DNA from: the human T2T-CHM13v2.0 reference genome, Homo sapiens
Assembly (NCBI RefSeq): GCF_009914755.1
Contig: NC_060941.1
DNA length: 64,000 nucleotides
Direction: 5' to 3' (one strand)
Part shown: positions 1 to 17,757 of the stretch, piece after piece
How positions within the stretch are numbered: the stretch's first letter is position 1
Layout: each line of letters begins with the position of its first letter
The notes under the pieces: model-generated
Database searches by the model: none
What the model was told of the DNA's origin: nothing
What the model saw: only the letters and a program-made list of their open reading frames with translations
Program-made: the position numbers and the translations under genes

Positions 1-57
1 ACCCAAGGATCCTGCCAGACAGCACACTTTGGAGGAAGGTCTGCAGGGAGCAGCTGA
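1..57 (+). CDS. GOSR2: 3' end of the last coding exon of GOSR2 isoform B (Golgi SNARE membrin/GS27, alternative C-terminus replacing most of the TM anchor); the exon starts just before the window
   Basis: Frame 1 reads TQGSCQTAHFGGRSAGSS-TGA, matching the isoform B C-terminus as I recall it; synteny with MIR5089 and RPRML agrees. Confidence 0.85.
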   Translation, partial: TQGSCQTAHFGGRSAGSS

Positions 58-438
58 GCCATTTGTTCTTGAACTCTGGGAGGCAGAAGTCCCCGCACCC
101 ATCATGCGTGGACTGATAGGACATCTTTTCGTGGTGTGCACCAGTGCTTTCCACACTTGACAGTGGTTGGCTTTGATGAACCCTCATGCTGCACCTTCAG
201 AGCCAGTCCTCTAGTTTGGAATAAAAATTGCAGAGGTGGTTTTTGGGTCTTTACCACCTGCGGCTGGTGGACAGCAGCCAGTGTGTCTGGACACCCAGGG
301 GCATTGAGACTGCATGTTGTCACATGACCACTTCTCTTCACACATCTGCTTTCAGTGCCTGGTGAAAAATAGACCTTGGCCTAACAGTGTGACTCTCTCC
401 ACCGCCTCAGTGTAGGGAAGGGTCCAGGCCAGGGAAGG

Positions 439-454
439 AGCACCCTCTAGTGGA
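439..454 (-). promoter_or_regulatory. CTCF motif candidate
   Basis: Minus strand TCCACTAGAGGGTGCT, close to the core CCASYAGRKGGCRS. Confidence 0.5.
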
Positions 455-777
455 GGCGGGGGTGAATTCTTAGGTCGAGCTGATGCAAGAAACTCCGGTA
501 GCCAGCCTCTGTGACCTTGTACATGAGTTTGGTGTGCCTATTGTGATTTAAAACAGGTGGGTTATCAAGAGGAACTTGAGATCTCTTTATTACATGGACA
601 TTTACTTCAGGGGGACCACTGTAAGAAAAGCCAAACTCCAAGACCAAGTAAGTTAGAGGAGTCTTGATTTTTTAGACTTCACTGCGGAGTTCTGTACACC
701 CTTTGCCCTGATGAATTTGAATGGGTTTGATTTGCAAATTTGGATTTACACCCATTGTTTTGGAAGCACATCAGCTG

Positions 778-783
778 AATAAA
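778..783 (+). terminator. GOSR2: Poly(A) signal of GOSR2
   Basis: AATAAA followed by U-rich sequence; TGTA at 693-696 upstream. Confidence 0.7.
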
Positions 784-1017
784 GTTGAGGTTTATTTTAT
801 TTAGAAAATCACATTTTGTAAAAGAATTCGATATTCATTTTTATAACTAATGGCCCCCTTTTTTTATGTTTCTAGGCCAGAGATTCTCAAACACTGCTCC
901 ATGGCCAGGGGCTGGGCTGGCTGCTTCAGAAGCAGTGGGGAAGCTTTTTAAAATTACATATTCCTGGGGCCTACCCCAGATCTGAATTAGAACCTTTTTT
1001 AAATCTCTAAGGTGATT

Positions 1018-1329
1018 TTATTTTATTTTTTATTTTTGAGACAGTCTCGCTCTGTCACCCAGGCTGGAGTGCAGTGGCGCAATCTTGGCTCACTGCATCC
1101 TCTGCCTCCTGGGTTCAGGTGATCCTCATACCTCAGCCTCCTGAGTAGCTGGAACTACAAGTGTGTGCCACCATGTCTGGCTAATTTTTTTTTTTTTTTT
1201 GTATTTTTTAGTAGAGACAGGGTTTTACTATGTTGACCAGATTGGTCTTAAACTCCTGGCCTCAAGTGATCTGCCTGCTTCGGCCTCCCAAAGTTCTAGG
1301 GTTACAGGTGTTAGCCACTGTACCTGGCC
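1018..1329 (-). mobile_element. Alu inserted in a MER5-like element
   Basis: Alu consensus; TSD tctaaggtgatt at 1006-1017 and 1330-1341. Confidence 0.95.
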
Positions 1330-1438
1330 TCTAAGGTGATTCTGATGTGTGTATTTTGGAACCACTGTCTCCTAGACAGAAAGCTTCTGTCTCAAAGATG
1401 ATCACATTGGTGTAAAGAGCAAAACTTGTTAAGTCCAA

Positions 1439-1444
1439 AATAAA
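1439..1444 (+). terminator. GOSR2: Distal poly(A) signal candidate of GOSR2
   Basis: AATAAA followed by ttcttactgtttat. Confidence 0.5.
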
Positions 1445-2143
1445 TTCTTACTGTTTATATCCTACCTTAGTCCAAAAAAGATTTGAGGAGACTTTGAGGA
1501 AATAACTGAAACAGATACAAAGAAGTGAGGCACAAGAACAAATCAAGTCAGTGTAGAATGTCGACATCAGGACAAGGAACTCAAACGTTGTAACACCCTA
1601 AGAAATGTTTGGGGAACCCTAATTTGACTTTCAGCTCCAGTAGCCAAAGCAAAGAAAGAAACGTCATCTGTTACTGTCTCAACCGGGGGGTGACATTTTC
1701 TCAAGGGAAAGCCTAGGCCCTTCATAAACAGCTTGCCTGTAGGCCTCACGGAGGTCAGACAGGGATTTTCCTGGCTCCATCCCTGCCAATCTGAAACCCT
1801 CTCACTTATGTTCTCCATCATTTATCCTCATTATGCAGACAAGGGGCTGAGCTGTGGTGACTGTGAAGGCCTCACAGGAGTCCGAGAGGAGCTGGCCCCT
1901 CATCCAGCTTGGAACCATGGGCCCACTTAATCTCCCACACTTCTCGTGGGGTGCTCTGCTGGGGTCTGGGGGGATTGAGAGGTGTGCAGGGGACTGAGAT
2001 GGTGCAGCCTGCTGGCATGGACTATAGAGCTATAAGGTGTTTGCTGCAGACCCTTCAGATAGTATAGGGCAAGTTCCCTGTTGGGAAATAATTTCCTAAC
2101 TGGAAGGGGAGGGAATCTGAAGTGAAAGCTGTCCTCAGGCCTT

Positions 2144-2160
2144 GCCCCTAGGGGGCGGCA
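2144..2160 (+). promoter_or_regulatory. CTCF motif candidate
   Basis: GCCCCTAGGGGGCGGCA. Confidence 0.4.
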
Positions 2161-2397
2161 TAGCCCTATCTGTGGCTAGTGGGCCCTGAACACACTGCCT
2201 TAGGCTTGCTGTACTTAGAAGCTGAGAAAGGAAAGTGTCATTCCTTCCCCATTTTCTGTGTCCTTTTCATTTCATATGGAAGGCACATGGGAGAGGAGTG
2301 TTCAGGGGTGCTGGGCCCCCAAGTGCTGTTGGTAAGTTCCCCACCATGGAGCCTCTGTGAGCCATCCCTCCCCGCCTCATCCCCATGTCCCTCTAGT

Positions 2398-2560
2398 ACA
2401 GGGTTCCCAACCTTGGCTCTGCATTGGAATTCCCTCGGGAGCTTTAAAAACCCATGTGTGGGTCTTCCATTCACCCTCTTATTAATTGGCCTGGAGTGCA
2501 GCCGGGGCATTGGGAGTTGCCCAAGGCGATTGTAATGCCCAGGGGTAGGGAGCCGATGGC
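2398..2560. mobile_element. MER5-like hAT-Charlie fragment
   Basis: cagggttcccaaccttggctctgcattggaattccctcgggagctttaaaaa resembles the MER5A/B consensus. Confidence 0.6.
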
Positions 2561-4049
2561 TCTAATACAAGAACGTCAACCCAAGGCTAGCCCGTCCCCC
2601 ATGCACTTCCCCTGGCCGCACCGTGGGAACCACTTGCAGAGACCAACTAGGGGCAGGGATGGAAGCCTGATTCTCCCTCTGGATCAGAAGGAGCCAGATC
2701 CCTTGTGGCCATTGGGTGCCCCTCATTAACTGACACCTCTCTGCTGAGTAAAGCACCTTGATGTGACAGGCCAGCTCTTCGCTGCCCCTGCAGTGCAGCC
2801 CCCAGCCCTCCCCACCACCCCTGCCTGGTGTTCCGTCCTCCCTGGACTGCTTGGTCTTCTCAGAACATGCCACACACTCAGTACAGCTGCACCTTTGCAC
2901 AAGATGTTTCCTCTCAGATGTGCCACAAACACCCCCACAATCCCATGAAACCTCCAAGAAGCCTGCCCCTCCCCTCCAAACAACCTCATACTGCACGCTT
3001 CCTGCGGAATGGGAGTTGCTCCTCACCGCAGGGGCCTTTGTGCATCCCGGGCACGTAGTAGGCGCAGGCGCCATCGGGTAAGCGGCTGCAGGAGAGCACT
3101 TGAGCCCATCCCCCATGCAGGGCCAGCAAAGCTGTTGCAGCCAGGCCAGGAGGAAGCCAGAAGGTTCAAGGCCACTGATGCTACGAGCCATGTGCTCACA
3201 GGGCCTCAACAACAGCAATGACTGCAGTAAAAGAGGAGAGGCATGGGGCCCCGTGAGGGAAACTGTCACTCAGGACTGGGGAGAGAGAAGTAGAGTGACC
3301 AACTTGTCTGGGTTTTAAAGCTGAAAGTCCTGAATCCTGGCGATCCCTCGGTCTGATGGTCACCCTAGATAAGCTAAAGGCTAGGACAGGCGTGACTAAT
3401 GCAGGGTATCTAGGAAGAGGGGGCTCTCGGAGGCTGACTCCTGGCTTAGCAATTCCATTAGTGTGGTTCCACTGGCCCTTCCTTCCAGGCATCTGTGACA
3501 TGGTGGCTCCTGGAGAGCTGGCAGAGGCTGGGCCAGGCCCAGGAGGGAAGTATTCCAACCTCCTCAGAAGACAGTGGCTGACAGTACAAGAGGGGACATT
3601 CATCTTTATTCCGTCTTCCAGAGCCCTGGCATGTGTCCAGTGCCAGTGTTAGCTGTTTCAGGGCAGAGGGAAGGAGTTGGAGACAAGCAGCCCTCCGCAG
3701 TTTGCACTGGTTACAGCGGCCGGAGGCTGTGGTAAGAGCGCTGAGCCCAGGATGCAGAGCCTGGCTTCAAGTCCCAGCCCTGCTGGCAGCAACCACGGGC
3801 CACACACCTCTCAGCCTCAGCTTTCTAAGAATGGGGGTAACACCTGTCCCACGTCCCTTTCTGGGGTGGACATGAGGCCCGAGTCACGTAGTGCTTTTGG
3901 CAGATTCCAGAGGTCTGAGGCAGTGACCCTCAGCCTGGGCTGCTTCCTGGAGTCCCCCAGAGAGTTTGGAAGTCCCGATTCTGGGCCTCGCTCCCCAGAG
4001 ATGCCGAGCTACCTGGTCTACAGTGGGGCCTGGGCTTCAGAATTTTTAA

Positions 4050-4343
<294 letters not shown>

Positions 4344-4742
4344 TAATTTTTAACTTTCTAAGGAGTCTCCTGTGAGGTCGAGATTGAGAACCACGGCTGT
4401 CAGTGCATCCCAGGTGCAATGGAGTATCATTCCTGTTCAGCTGGAAAGACAGGATCTACTCGTGAAACAACCGAGGTTGAGAGGTGATAGTTTAGTGCGG
4501 CCATTGTGGTGGGGGCATTAACCAGGAAGAGCTTTCTGTGAGAGGGCGAGGTGATGGGTGTGTGAAGGACAGGAGATGATGTGGGAGCAGTCGAGGGGCA
4601 GGAGTGGCCTGGGGGAGGGAGGAAGCTCTAACCAGCCCTGGCTGCTGTGGGCTCTGAGGCCTGATGTGCTGTCTTCTGCACGACATCCTCCACGCACTGT
4701 CCTCCGTGTTCCAGCTGGGAAACTTGCTGCTCAGAGGCCTGA

Positions 4743-4984
4743 GTTCATGCTGCTGAGATGCTACTGAGAGCTGGAGAAGCTGTCAGGCTGGTGTGGGTGT
4801 GGACAAGCCCTACTGTCCTAGGAAGACCTGCCCATGATCTTTTGAGGTGCAACGTAGTGTGATGGGGGTGGTGGGATAGTGTTTGAGATGGGGTTGGCAG
4901 ACATGGCGTAGAATCCTGACTTTGCTGTTTATTAGCAGCCTAACCTTGGGCTTAATCACTCCAGCCTCAGTTTCCTGTCTGTAT
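4743..4984 (+). repeat. ~240-bp local direct duplication, copy 1
   Basis: About 91% identical (manual count) to 6884-7124. Confidence 0.95.
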
Positions 4985-5563
4985 TCAGCTCAAAACAGAA
5001 TTGCATCTTTGCTGGGTGGTAACTCATCAGAGAGGAACAGGCGTGGGCTATGCAGAAGGGAAGCAGTTCTCCCTTCTTTCCAGCCCGAGCAACAGGATCC
5101 ACATTCTTTCAACCAAGACCACTTGGCCCTGCTCACCTCCTGGCAACTTCTGGCCTCCTCTAAGAGTTTCTTGTGCCCCAGGCATGTGCAGGGACTGAGG
5201 CAGAAGCTCAGGGAGTGGGGACCTCTATAGGAGGGGAGAATAATCACTGCTGCCCCCAGGACCTCACCAGGTGGTTGTGAATGTCAAAAGGTAAAACCCT
5301 GGAGATAAACCCCTGATCGCTGCCGGGTGCTGTCCAAATTATTGTTGCTATGTGCATGGAGTGGGTATAAATTCCGTGTCCATGGTGATTTCTTCCAGGA
5401 AACCATTTCTTTTTTCCCCCTGTGGCAAAGGGCAGCCTCTCTTACCTCAATCCAGGGGCCCTGGGAGACCCTTGGAAGGCGGGGCCTCCAGGGCTGAATT
5501 CCAGAACAGCAGCTGTGGCCACCTCCTTAGGCCACCTGGGAATCAATTCTCTGTCGTCACTCA

Positions 5564-5910
<347 letters not shown>

Positions 5911-5982
5911 GTAGGTGGCCTGGGATATTCCCTTTGTGGAAAAAAAAAAAGAAATAGCTCAAGCTCAGTATTGCAGCCCTTA

Positions 5983-6519
<537 letters not shown>

Positions 6520-6883
6520 TTAGGGTGAAGCTGGAGGTGGGTGTGGAGGAAGGCCAGGGGACCCTGACATGAATGTGGATGCAGGAACCCTCAGCTGTCT
6601 CTGAAACCAGGAGGGCTGGGGAAGGACCCTGTGCATGTCCTAGATTCTGTGGCCCCAGGAGTTACTGCTCAGGAAGCAGGGCAGCCTCCTCTTTGGTGTA
6701 TGTGTGCAAGAGAGAGGTCGTGGTGGGCTGTGGGTTGTTAGTCTCTCTCCCAGGAGCACCTGGCAACCTGAACTACCCCTGCTCCCTCCCCACCCTGCCC
6801 CAGATCTGTTGAAACCACCAACCAGGCGGAGGCAGGGCAGAGGCTGTCACTGCCACACACCTTCAGAGCTCCTTACAACTTAC

Positions 6884-7124
6884 GTTCATGCTGCTGAGAT
6901 ACTGATGAGAGCTGGAGAAGCTGTCAGGCTGGTGTGGGTGTGGACAAGCCCCACTGTCCTAGGAAGACCTGGACATGATCTTTTTAGGTGCAGTGTAATG
7001 TGATGGGGGTGGTGGGATGATGTTTGAGATGGGGATGGCAGACATGGCTTAGAATCCTGACTTTGCTGTTTATTAGCAGCCTGACCTTGGGCTAATCACC
7101 CAAACCTCAGCGTCCTGTCTGTAT
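6884..7124 (+). repeat. ~240-bp local direct duplication, copy 2 (3' part MIR-derived)
   Basis: Matches 4743-4984. Confidence 0.95.
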
Positions 7125-7200
7125 AGTGAGAATAATAATAACTACCTCAAGTGGTAGCAAAAGTGCCTGTATTTGAGAGCTTGTCCGTCACTAGAAATAG

Positions 7201-7500
<300 letters not shown>

Positions 7501-8439
7501 TAGAAGTGATTTTTGTCAGGAGACAGAAGACCTTTAGTGATTGGAGTCAAGCAGGTGGAGTGTGAAGATCAGCTCTGCCCTTTAGCTGTGGAACCTTGAG
7601 CAAGCCACCTCACCTCTCCACGCCTCTGTTCTGTCACCTTTTGGAGATGAATAATGCCCATCTCACAGGGCAGCTGTGGCCAGTGCATACTGCCATGCCT
7701 GTAAAGTGCCTACTGCACAGCCCAGGACATAGAAAGATGGTAACTGAGGTTTTGTTGTGGTTGTTCACTAGCATTGCATAGGACCCAGGTCTGATCCCTT
7801 CATTCAGCTGGTGTGATTGTGAGTCAAGGATCTGATATCCCCAAAGAAAGGACTGCAAGTATTTGCCAGTCAGACTTTATTTGTTACAAGATACGATATT
7901 GCACATGTATTCCTGTGTTCTTCATCAGAAGACCTGAATTCAAATCTCCAGTTCATTACCTATTAGGACTTGCTCACTCCCTCTTTCTCTCCCAGCCTCA
8001 GTGTCCTCGTAGGGGAAATGGGAATGCTAATAATGGCCTACTTCACAGAACTGTGGTGAAGACAAAGCCAATCAAGCATGTGGATCAGTGAGTATGCGCA
8101 GGGCTGCAAGGGCCAGAAATCCCAGGATCTTACTGCTGGGGTTAGATACTGATCTAAGGAGCTTAAGTAGTAAGAACTGTGGATGTGGGGCAGCCTGCAG
8201 AGCTGGTTGATTTAGGGCTCGGTGACATCATCAAGGCTGGGCTTGGGACTGCCTGGGTTCCCTGAGAGGCGTGGAACCATGGTGGGAAGATGTAGGAAAG
8301 ATGAGGATGATGATTGACAGATCAGTCTGGAATTGTTGCCTGCTAAAGTTCATTCATCCATTCTTTCGATAGCTACGAACTGAGCACCCACCAGGTACCA
8401 GTCACGGGACTGGGCCTTGGAGAACAGACATGACCCACC

Positions 8440-9012
8440 TGCATTGTGATCCACTGCTGTGTAACAAATCACCACAAAACATAGGGGCTGACGGCAATAG
8501 CTCTCAGTTGCTACACCTCACAGCCTCTGAGCATAAGAACTGGGGACCAGGCGTGGCTGGGATAGCTGTCTCTGCTCAGCGATGTCTGGGGCCTCAGATG
8601 GAAGATTTGAAGGCTGGGAGGAGAATCATCTGAAGGTTCACTGATGTGGCTGGCACACAGTGTCGCTGGGCACACAATGTCGCTGAGCCCTGGACTGGGG
8701 CTATCCTCTGGAACACCTGCACACGGCTTCTCCATGGGACCAGGGCTTCCTCAGGGCATGATGACTGAGTTCCAAGAGGGAGTATCCCAAGGGAGAGAGC
8801 AGGTGGGATCTGTGTACTTTCTATGACCAAGCCTCGGAAGTCATAGGGCCTCTGTTCTGCCATACTCCTTTGGCCGTGGTGATCACAAGCCATATGGTCA
8901 CAAGCCCCCAGCTGCCTCTCAGTGGGAAGAATGTGGGTCACATTCTAAGAAGAGCAGGTGGGATGGAATTGACATGGTGGGTGGCCATCTTTGGAGAGTA
9001 CAATCTGCCACA
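8440..9012 (-). mobile_element. MLT1-family MaLR LTR
   Basis: tgctgtgtaacaaatcaccacaaaac start and ggccatctttgga...ctgccaca end are typical of MLT1. Confidence 0.7.
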
Positions 9013-11859
9013 CTCCCCTTGAATGATGCTCACGTCTAGCTGGGAAGACATACATGAGCATGCAGCAATAAAGTGCACAAACCGTCACACAGGTACAAGG
9101 TGCTTAGGGCCATGGCAGAAGTAGTATCTACTTACCCTGGAACCCTGGAGGAGGCTTTTGAGCTGAATCTCAGATGAGTCAGTCTGGAGCAGGTGGAGCC
9201 TGGGCGGACGGTCTCAGCAGAGGGAGTCATCTAGCAAAGGGGTGTGCTCTGGGAAGGGCAGGAGGATTCTGTGGCTGGAGCTCAGGCTTCAGGTTCAGTG
9301 TGGAGGAGGGAAGAAAGGCTGCAGAGGTAAGTTGAGGCCAGACGCGGGGTGCCTAAGAGCAGACTCATTAGTCCCTGCCCTCCTCCAGTCCCTGGTCCTC
9401 TGCACACAGTAGGCACTTCATAAATATTGATTGAAATTGGAGTGAGCAGTGTGTGTTGAAGAGGAAACCAAATCCCAAAGAGAGGCCGTGGGGCCTCCTG
9501 GAGGGAGCATGGGATAAAGACAGGGAGAACCCACTTTCATATCATAGGAACTTGAGATTCTCTTTCTCAGTTGTTGCCTTTCCAGTATTTTTCAATGTCT
9601 CTGCAAGAGTTCACGGGGGCTGAGAGCAGCCCCTGAGTCACTTCTCGTTCCTATCCCTCACCCCCAGCTGGATTCTTGGGTCTTCTTCCCTCCATACTGG
9701 TCCCCAGAGAGCGTGGACTCTCTGCCTCTTGTAGGTGAGGAGGAGGCGGCTGGCTGAGGAGGTGGCAGAGGCAAGTGAAAGGGCCAGGAGGGTGAGGATG
9801 GAGAGAAGGGGAGGGAAAAGAAGGAGATGGAGGGGGAGAAGATGAAGTTGCTAAGTGTATGATCAGTGCCAGAGCCAAAAGCCCATACTACAAATTGCTT
9901 TTTCCTTCACACTTGTCCCAGGGAAAGGCCCAATTAAAATAGCACCTATTGGAAATGGAAGGGTAATTGGACCAGGCAGCTTATTAGGCCCATCTCCAAG
10001 AGCATTCAGGGGCAGCCATGAGCTTCAGGAATTTCCACCATGTGAACTTAGCGGGGGAGATGACTCCGAGCAGCAAGGGCTGACAGGATGGGGCTGCCCC
10101 ACCATCCTGCCTGCCCGGGGCCCTGCTCAGTGGCTTGAGAGGGCAGGGACTGGTCTGTGTGGGGGCACTCTTCTGTGGTGGGGTAGTTCAGTGGGCTGAG
10201 ACATGGGGCTGATGAGATCAAAACTGTCCAGTTCCAAATCCCAGAACAGAGGAAAAGCGGGGCCAGAAGTGGTCTTGGGGACCACCAAGCCAGACTTTCT
10301 GGGGGAGAATGACTTGCCAAGGGTGACCCAGTCGGTGATGAGAGATCTGGAGTCAGAGGGGGAAGTCACCGACTCCCAATCCAGTGCTGCTGCCCAGGGA
10401 CAGTCTCACCATGCCACGCTGTCCTAAACTAGCCTGTGGCCCTCGCCCCAACTACACGCCCATGGCCTGTCACTGTACCATGTTCATGCCAGGCACAGCT
10501 AAGTCAGGGTGGCAGGAGCCACGCCAAAGGCTTCTCCAGCTTGAGGGCATCATCTCTCCACACCCCTCAGTTATTGACAGAAACTGGCACACGCACTGCC
10601 AGACCACGCTGTCCCTAGGAGGAGGCAGACAGAGGTGGACGCAGCCCACAGGCTTGGCTGGAACGGCGGGTTCCAGAGGTGCCCGCTGGCCGCCCACAGT
10701 GAAGTCTGGTAGGGGTGGCACTCTCCCCACAGGTTACCCATTGGACCAGAGCTCATCCACCCAGAGCCCATTTCCATGACAACAGCAAGCTCCTTACCCA
10801 TCAATTTCATCCTTAAAGATTCCCACCCCAGCTTTCTGAGCCTGGGCTCCTCGCCCAGCTGCCGCGCCAGCCCACGTCTCCAGATCACAGGTTTAGCAGT
10901 GACTTGTCAAGCTGCCAGAGAGAGCCTCCTGGGAGGTGCCTTTTAACTGGCGTAGCCCTTGAAAACGACCATATAATCACCTGCTAATTGGATTAGGAAC
11001 TTGTTCCCAGGGACTTTCTTTTGCCCCCATGTTGAGGCCACCCTACTCCATTCTTCCGGAACTTAGCATTGGAGAGCTTCCCCGTTCCCCTCTGCACAAC
11101 CTCCCAGGCCAGGGTAATGCTGACAGGGTTGCCCCAAAGTCAGATAGTGACACAAGAGGAAAAGGAAACCTCTAATTTTCTGGGGCCCAGGTACACTCAG
11201 AGAGGAAAAATGGCCCAGGGTGGGAGAACACACAGGGCCCTCTCTTCCCCCACTCTGCCCGCCTTTCAGCCTTGCAAGAAAATCTGGCTTTTCCCTCGGG
11301 GTGTTTGCCTCGCTGCTTCTCCCCCCCAGACATCACCTCCCTCACAGCCCAGCTCCACGTTCACCCCCACCAGGAAGTCTTCCTTTCTAAACCGTTTTTC
11401 TCTGCATCCTCTCAGAGTGGCTATATTTGGTTCCTGCAATATAACTTCGTATATATTGCATCAGGGAGAGGGGGAGATTCCTGAAGCTGGGTTGTTATTT
11501 TTTGTGAAGCTATTTTTTTGGTGCATTTTCTTTCTATTCCAGAAAATTCTTATAGTGGGTGGATGTCATTTATCTACCCAGCATCTCGTCTTTGGACTAC
11601 AAATCCTTATCCCCTTCTGCTGGTGCCATTGTCTCTCCTTCCTGTGGAAAACCTGTGCCACGGGACTCAGCGAGGGCTGCCTCCTCCAGCAGGGTCAGCG
11701 CCTGAAGCAGGCCTGGTCCATGCAGGACTGGGTCAGCAGCCCAAAGCAGTCGGTTTGGGGTGACCACATGACTGCGCGGTGGGCCGATCAGAATCTTCCC
11801 TGGAATTCCCATAGACACTGCTGGTTTCCTGACCAACATCCATTCCTCCCCTATTCTCA

Positions 11860-12300
11860 CTAGCTACACGCCACTTTTGTTGATCTAGCAAGAAGTCCAG
11901 TTGAAGATATTTGTGCCTCTAGACTTTCTTGCAGGTAGGGGTCAGGTCACCCAGTTCTGGTCAATAAGATATGGGCAGAAGTTGCTGGGAGAGACTTCTG
12001 GGAAAGGGTTTCAAAAGGAACATGGCTCCTTTAGTCCACTCTTAACTGATGGCTGAGATGGAGACATCTTAACCTGAAGGCTTTTATTCCAGCTATGTGA
12101 GAGGCCACCTGAGAATAAAGTGATCCGAGAAGAAAGCAAAACAGAGAGAGAGACAGAGAAAGAGATGGCAATATCAGTTAAGTCCCTGGATTGAGCCATG
12201 CCTGAAGCCTCAGAACTTCCCAATTTGGAGAGCCAATCAATAAATCCTTTTCCTACTTAAGCTGGTTTGCACTGGATCTCCATCTCTTTCAGTGAAAGAC
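11860..12300. mobile_element. Old ERVL LTR fragment (LTR33/LTR16-like)
   Basis: gtcacccagttctggtcaataagatat and ccttttcctacttaagctggtttg motifs. Confidence 0.5.
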
Positions 12301-12442
12301 CCCTCAGTGCAAACCTCCACAAAACCAAACCCATGTCTTTCCCTGCCTCTGTTCTCTCCTCCCAAGATACCCCACATAAGATGCTCGATGCAAAGCTGGC
12401 ACACAATATTCATTCAAATGACTCTGAGCCCCCCAAATTCTT

Positions 12443-14949
<2,507 letters not shown>

Positions 14950-15638
14950 TCAACAAGAGTCAAATAAAGACTTGAAAAGACTTGACATCTAAACTACACT
15001 TATTAAGGAAAAACTCATTAATTCCCTATGGAGATCTGAGGCCAAGCACACCTCTGAAGCAGTGCATGGCTTGGAATCCTGTCTGCTCTTCACCGAACCA
15101 TTCCTTCTGCACTCACCTCCTCCAGAAAGCCTTCCAAACCAGGTCTTAACTCCATCATCCTAACTACCTTGTCAGCACTCACTTTTGTTAACACTTTGAT
15201 TCAGCAGTACTTGGGTTCCATGAGTATTTGAGCATAGTTGTGTGTGTGTCTCATCTCTCTCACCCCAAACCCACTCCACCCCACCCTACCCTACCAACTG
15301 ACTCTCCTGAACTCTCTAGAGCAAGAGCTGTGTCTCCATCAGACTAGCAACTTCCTGAGGGCGAAGACTCTAACTCCTTATCCCATTGGGATCCAGATGC
15401 TGTCTCTCCTCACATCAGACTGGGAATGGAAAATCTTTCCATGCCCCATGGAGCCTCCTTGGCAAGACAGGAAGATACGGAGTCTGAACCCCATAGAGAT
15501 GGAGAGTGGGAGGAAGAAGGTAGCCGGGAGCAGTTAGCAGGAGGGTCCATCTTAACCTTCAGGGAAAAACCGATTCACAGCACATAAAGCTAGTTCTGGA
15601 TCAGAATCTGTTATTCAACAACACTTGCAAGGGTTTAA

Positions 15639-16055
<417 letters not shown>

Positions 16056-16450
16056 TGACGATTGTGTAATGATGAATCCCTTCGTTAGGAAGCTTGTCAA
16101 ATGCAAGTAGACGCTGAGGGGGCGGCCATGTGTCTACTGTCTCGTGGCTCCTGTTGGATGGGAGTAGCCTGCGTGGCTGCCAGTGCTGGCTGGAGAGGAT
16201 ACCACCATCTGCTCTCGTCAGCATGCTGCCCTGCCTTTGAGTCCCCTCACTCCCGCCCCAAGACTAAATCCTTGAAAGAGCAGCTCCACAGCGAGCATGT
16301 GGCAAGAAAGGATGCTAATGGAGGGAAGAAAGTGATGAATCCCCAAAAGAGTCAGGGAAAGCCACACAAGAAGGAAAAATAGCTGCATAAAGGTTGCGCG
16401 GGTGAGCTGGGCGAGGCTGCCCGCTGACAGGTGAATCAAGACTCCAGAGA

Positions 16451-16745
16451 GCTGGGTACGGTGGCTCACACTTGTAGTCCCAGCACTTTGGGAGGCCTAG
16501 GCGGGTGGATCGTGTGAACCCAGGAGTTCAAAACCATCCTGGGTGACATGGTGAAACCCCGTCTCTACAAAAAATACAAAAATTAGGCACAGTGGCATGT
16601 GCCTGTAGTCTCAGCTACTTTGGAGGCTGAGGTGGGAGAACTGCTTGAGCCCAGGAGGTGGAGGTTGCAGTGAGCTGAGTTTACATCACTGTACACCAGC
16701 CTGGGCAACAGAGTGAGACCCTGCCTCAAAAAGAAAACAAAAAAA
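16451..16745 (+). mobile_element. AluJ-like
   Basis: Alu consensus with J-type gagcccaggag. Confidence 0.9.
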
Positions 16746-16753
16746 GAAACCCA

Positions 16754-17241
<488 letters not shown>

Positions 17242-17743
17242 TCAGTGCTAATGATCCAGACATCTCCATGGAGGAGGATGAGCACTCAGGGGAAACGGAG
17301 GCAAGGCACTCACCCAGGACGCTGCAGCAGGGATCAGTGTGCCTAGCATGGCAATGGAAGTGAGAGGGAGTCGGAGATCTGACTGAGCGACTCCTAACTT
17401 TGAGAGTTGGTGGCTCATTCCCACCAAGGGGCTTATGGCTGCTGCTTTGGGAGTCTTTGCTGCCAAATGTCACTGGCCGGGGGTCACCTCACCCGTAACC
17501 CATGGAGAGTGGGTCTCCTCTCCCCATTTGTGCAGGACTTTCTTTCCATTGGCAGCAACTGGCCAGGGGGCCTCAGAGGAGCTGGGAATGGGGAGCAGGC
17601 TGCCAAGAAGGTTTGGTCAGGCCAACCAACTTGGAGGGCAGGGAAAGAAGTGGAGCCGTCAACCTTCACATTTTACAGGCATACAAATCACACACCAAAT
17701 AAGGAGAAATATGGGACACATTTGCACAATAATTCAAGACAGG

Positions 17744-17757
17744 ATCTCCATGGCAAC
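17744..17757 (+). promoter_or_regulatory. RFX X-box candidate
   Basis: ATCTCCATGGCAAC. Confidence 0.4.

Larger units (their letters stand above)
58..1460 (+). other. GOSR2: GOSR2 3' UTR with tandem poly(A) sites
   Basis: Follows the stop codon; AATAAA at 220-225, 778-783 and 1439-1444; the 3' end is approximate. Confidence 0.7.

Noticed and set aside
2562-3269. 235-aa minus-strand ORF
   Set aside because: GTG start in GC-rich sequence, no recognisable homology
11069-11863. Longest ORF in the window (264 aa)
   Set aside because: TTG start, no recognisable domain or family, low-information composition; most likely a chance ORF
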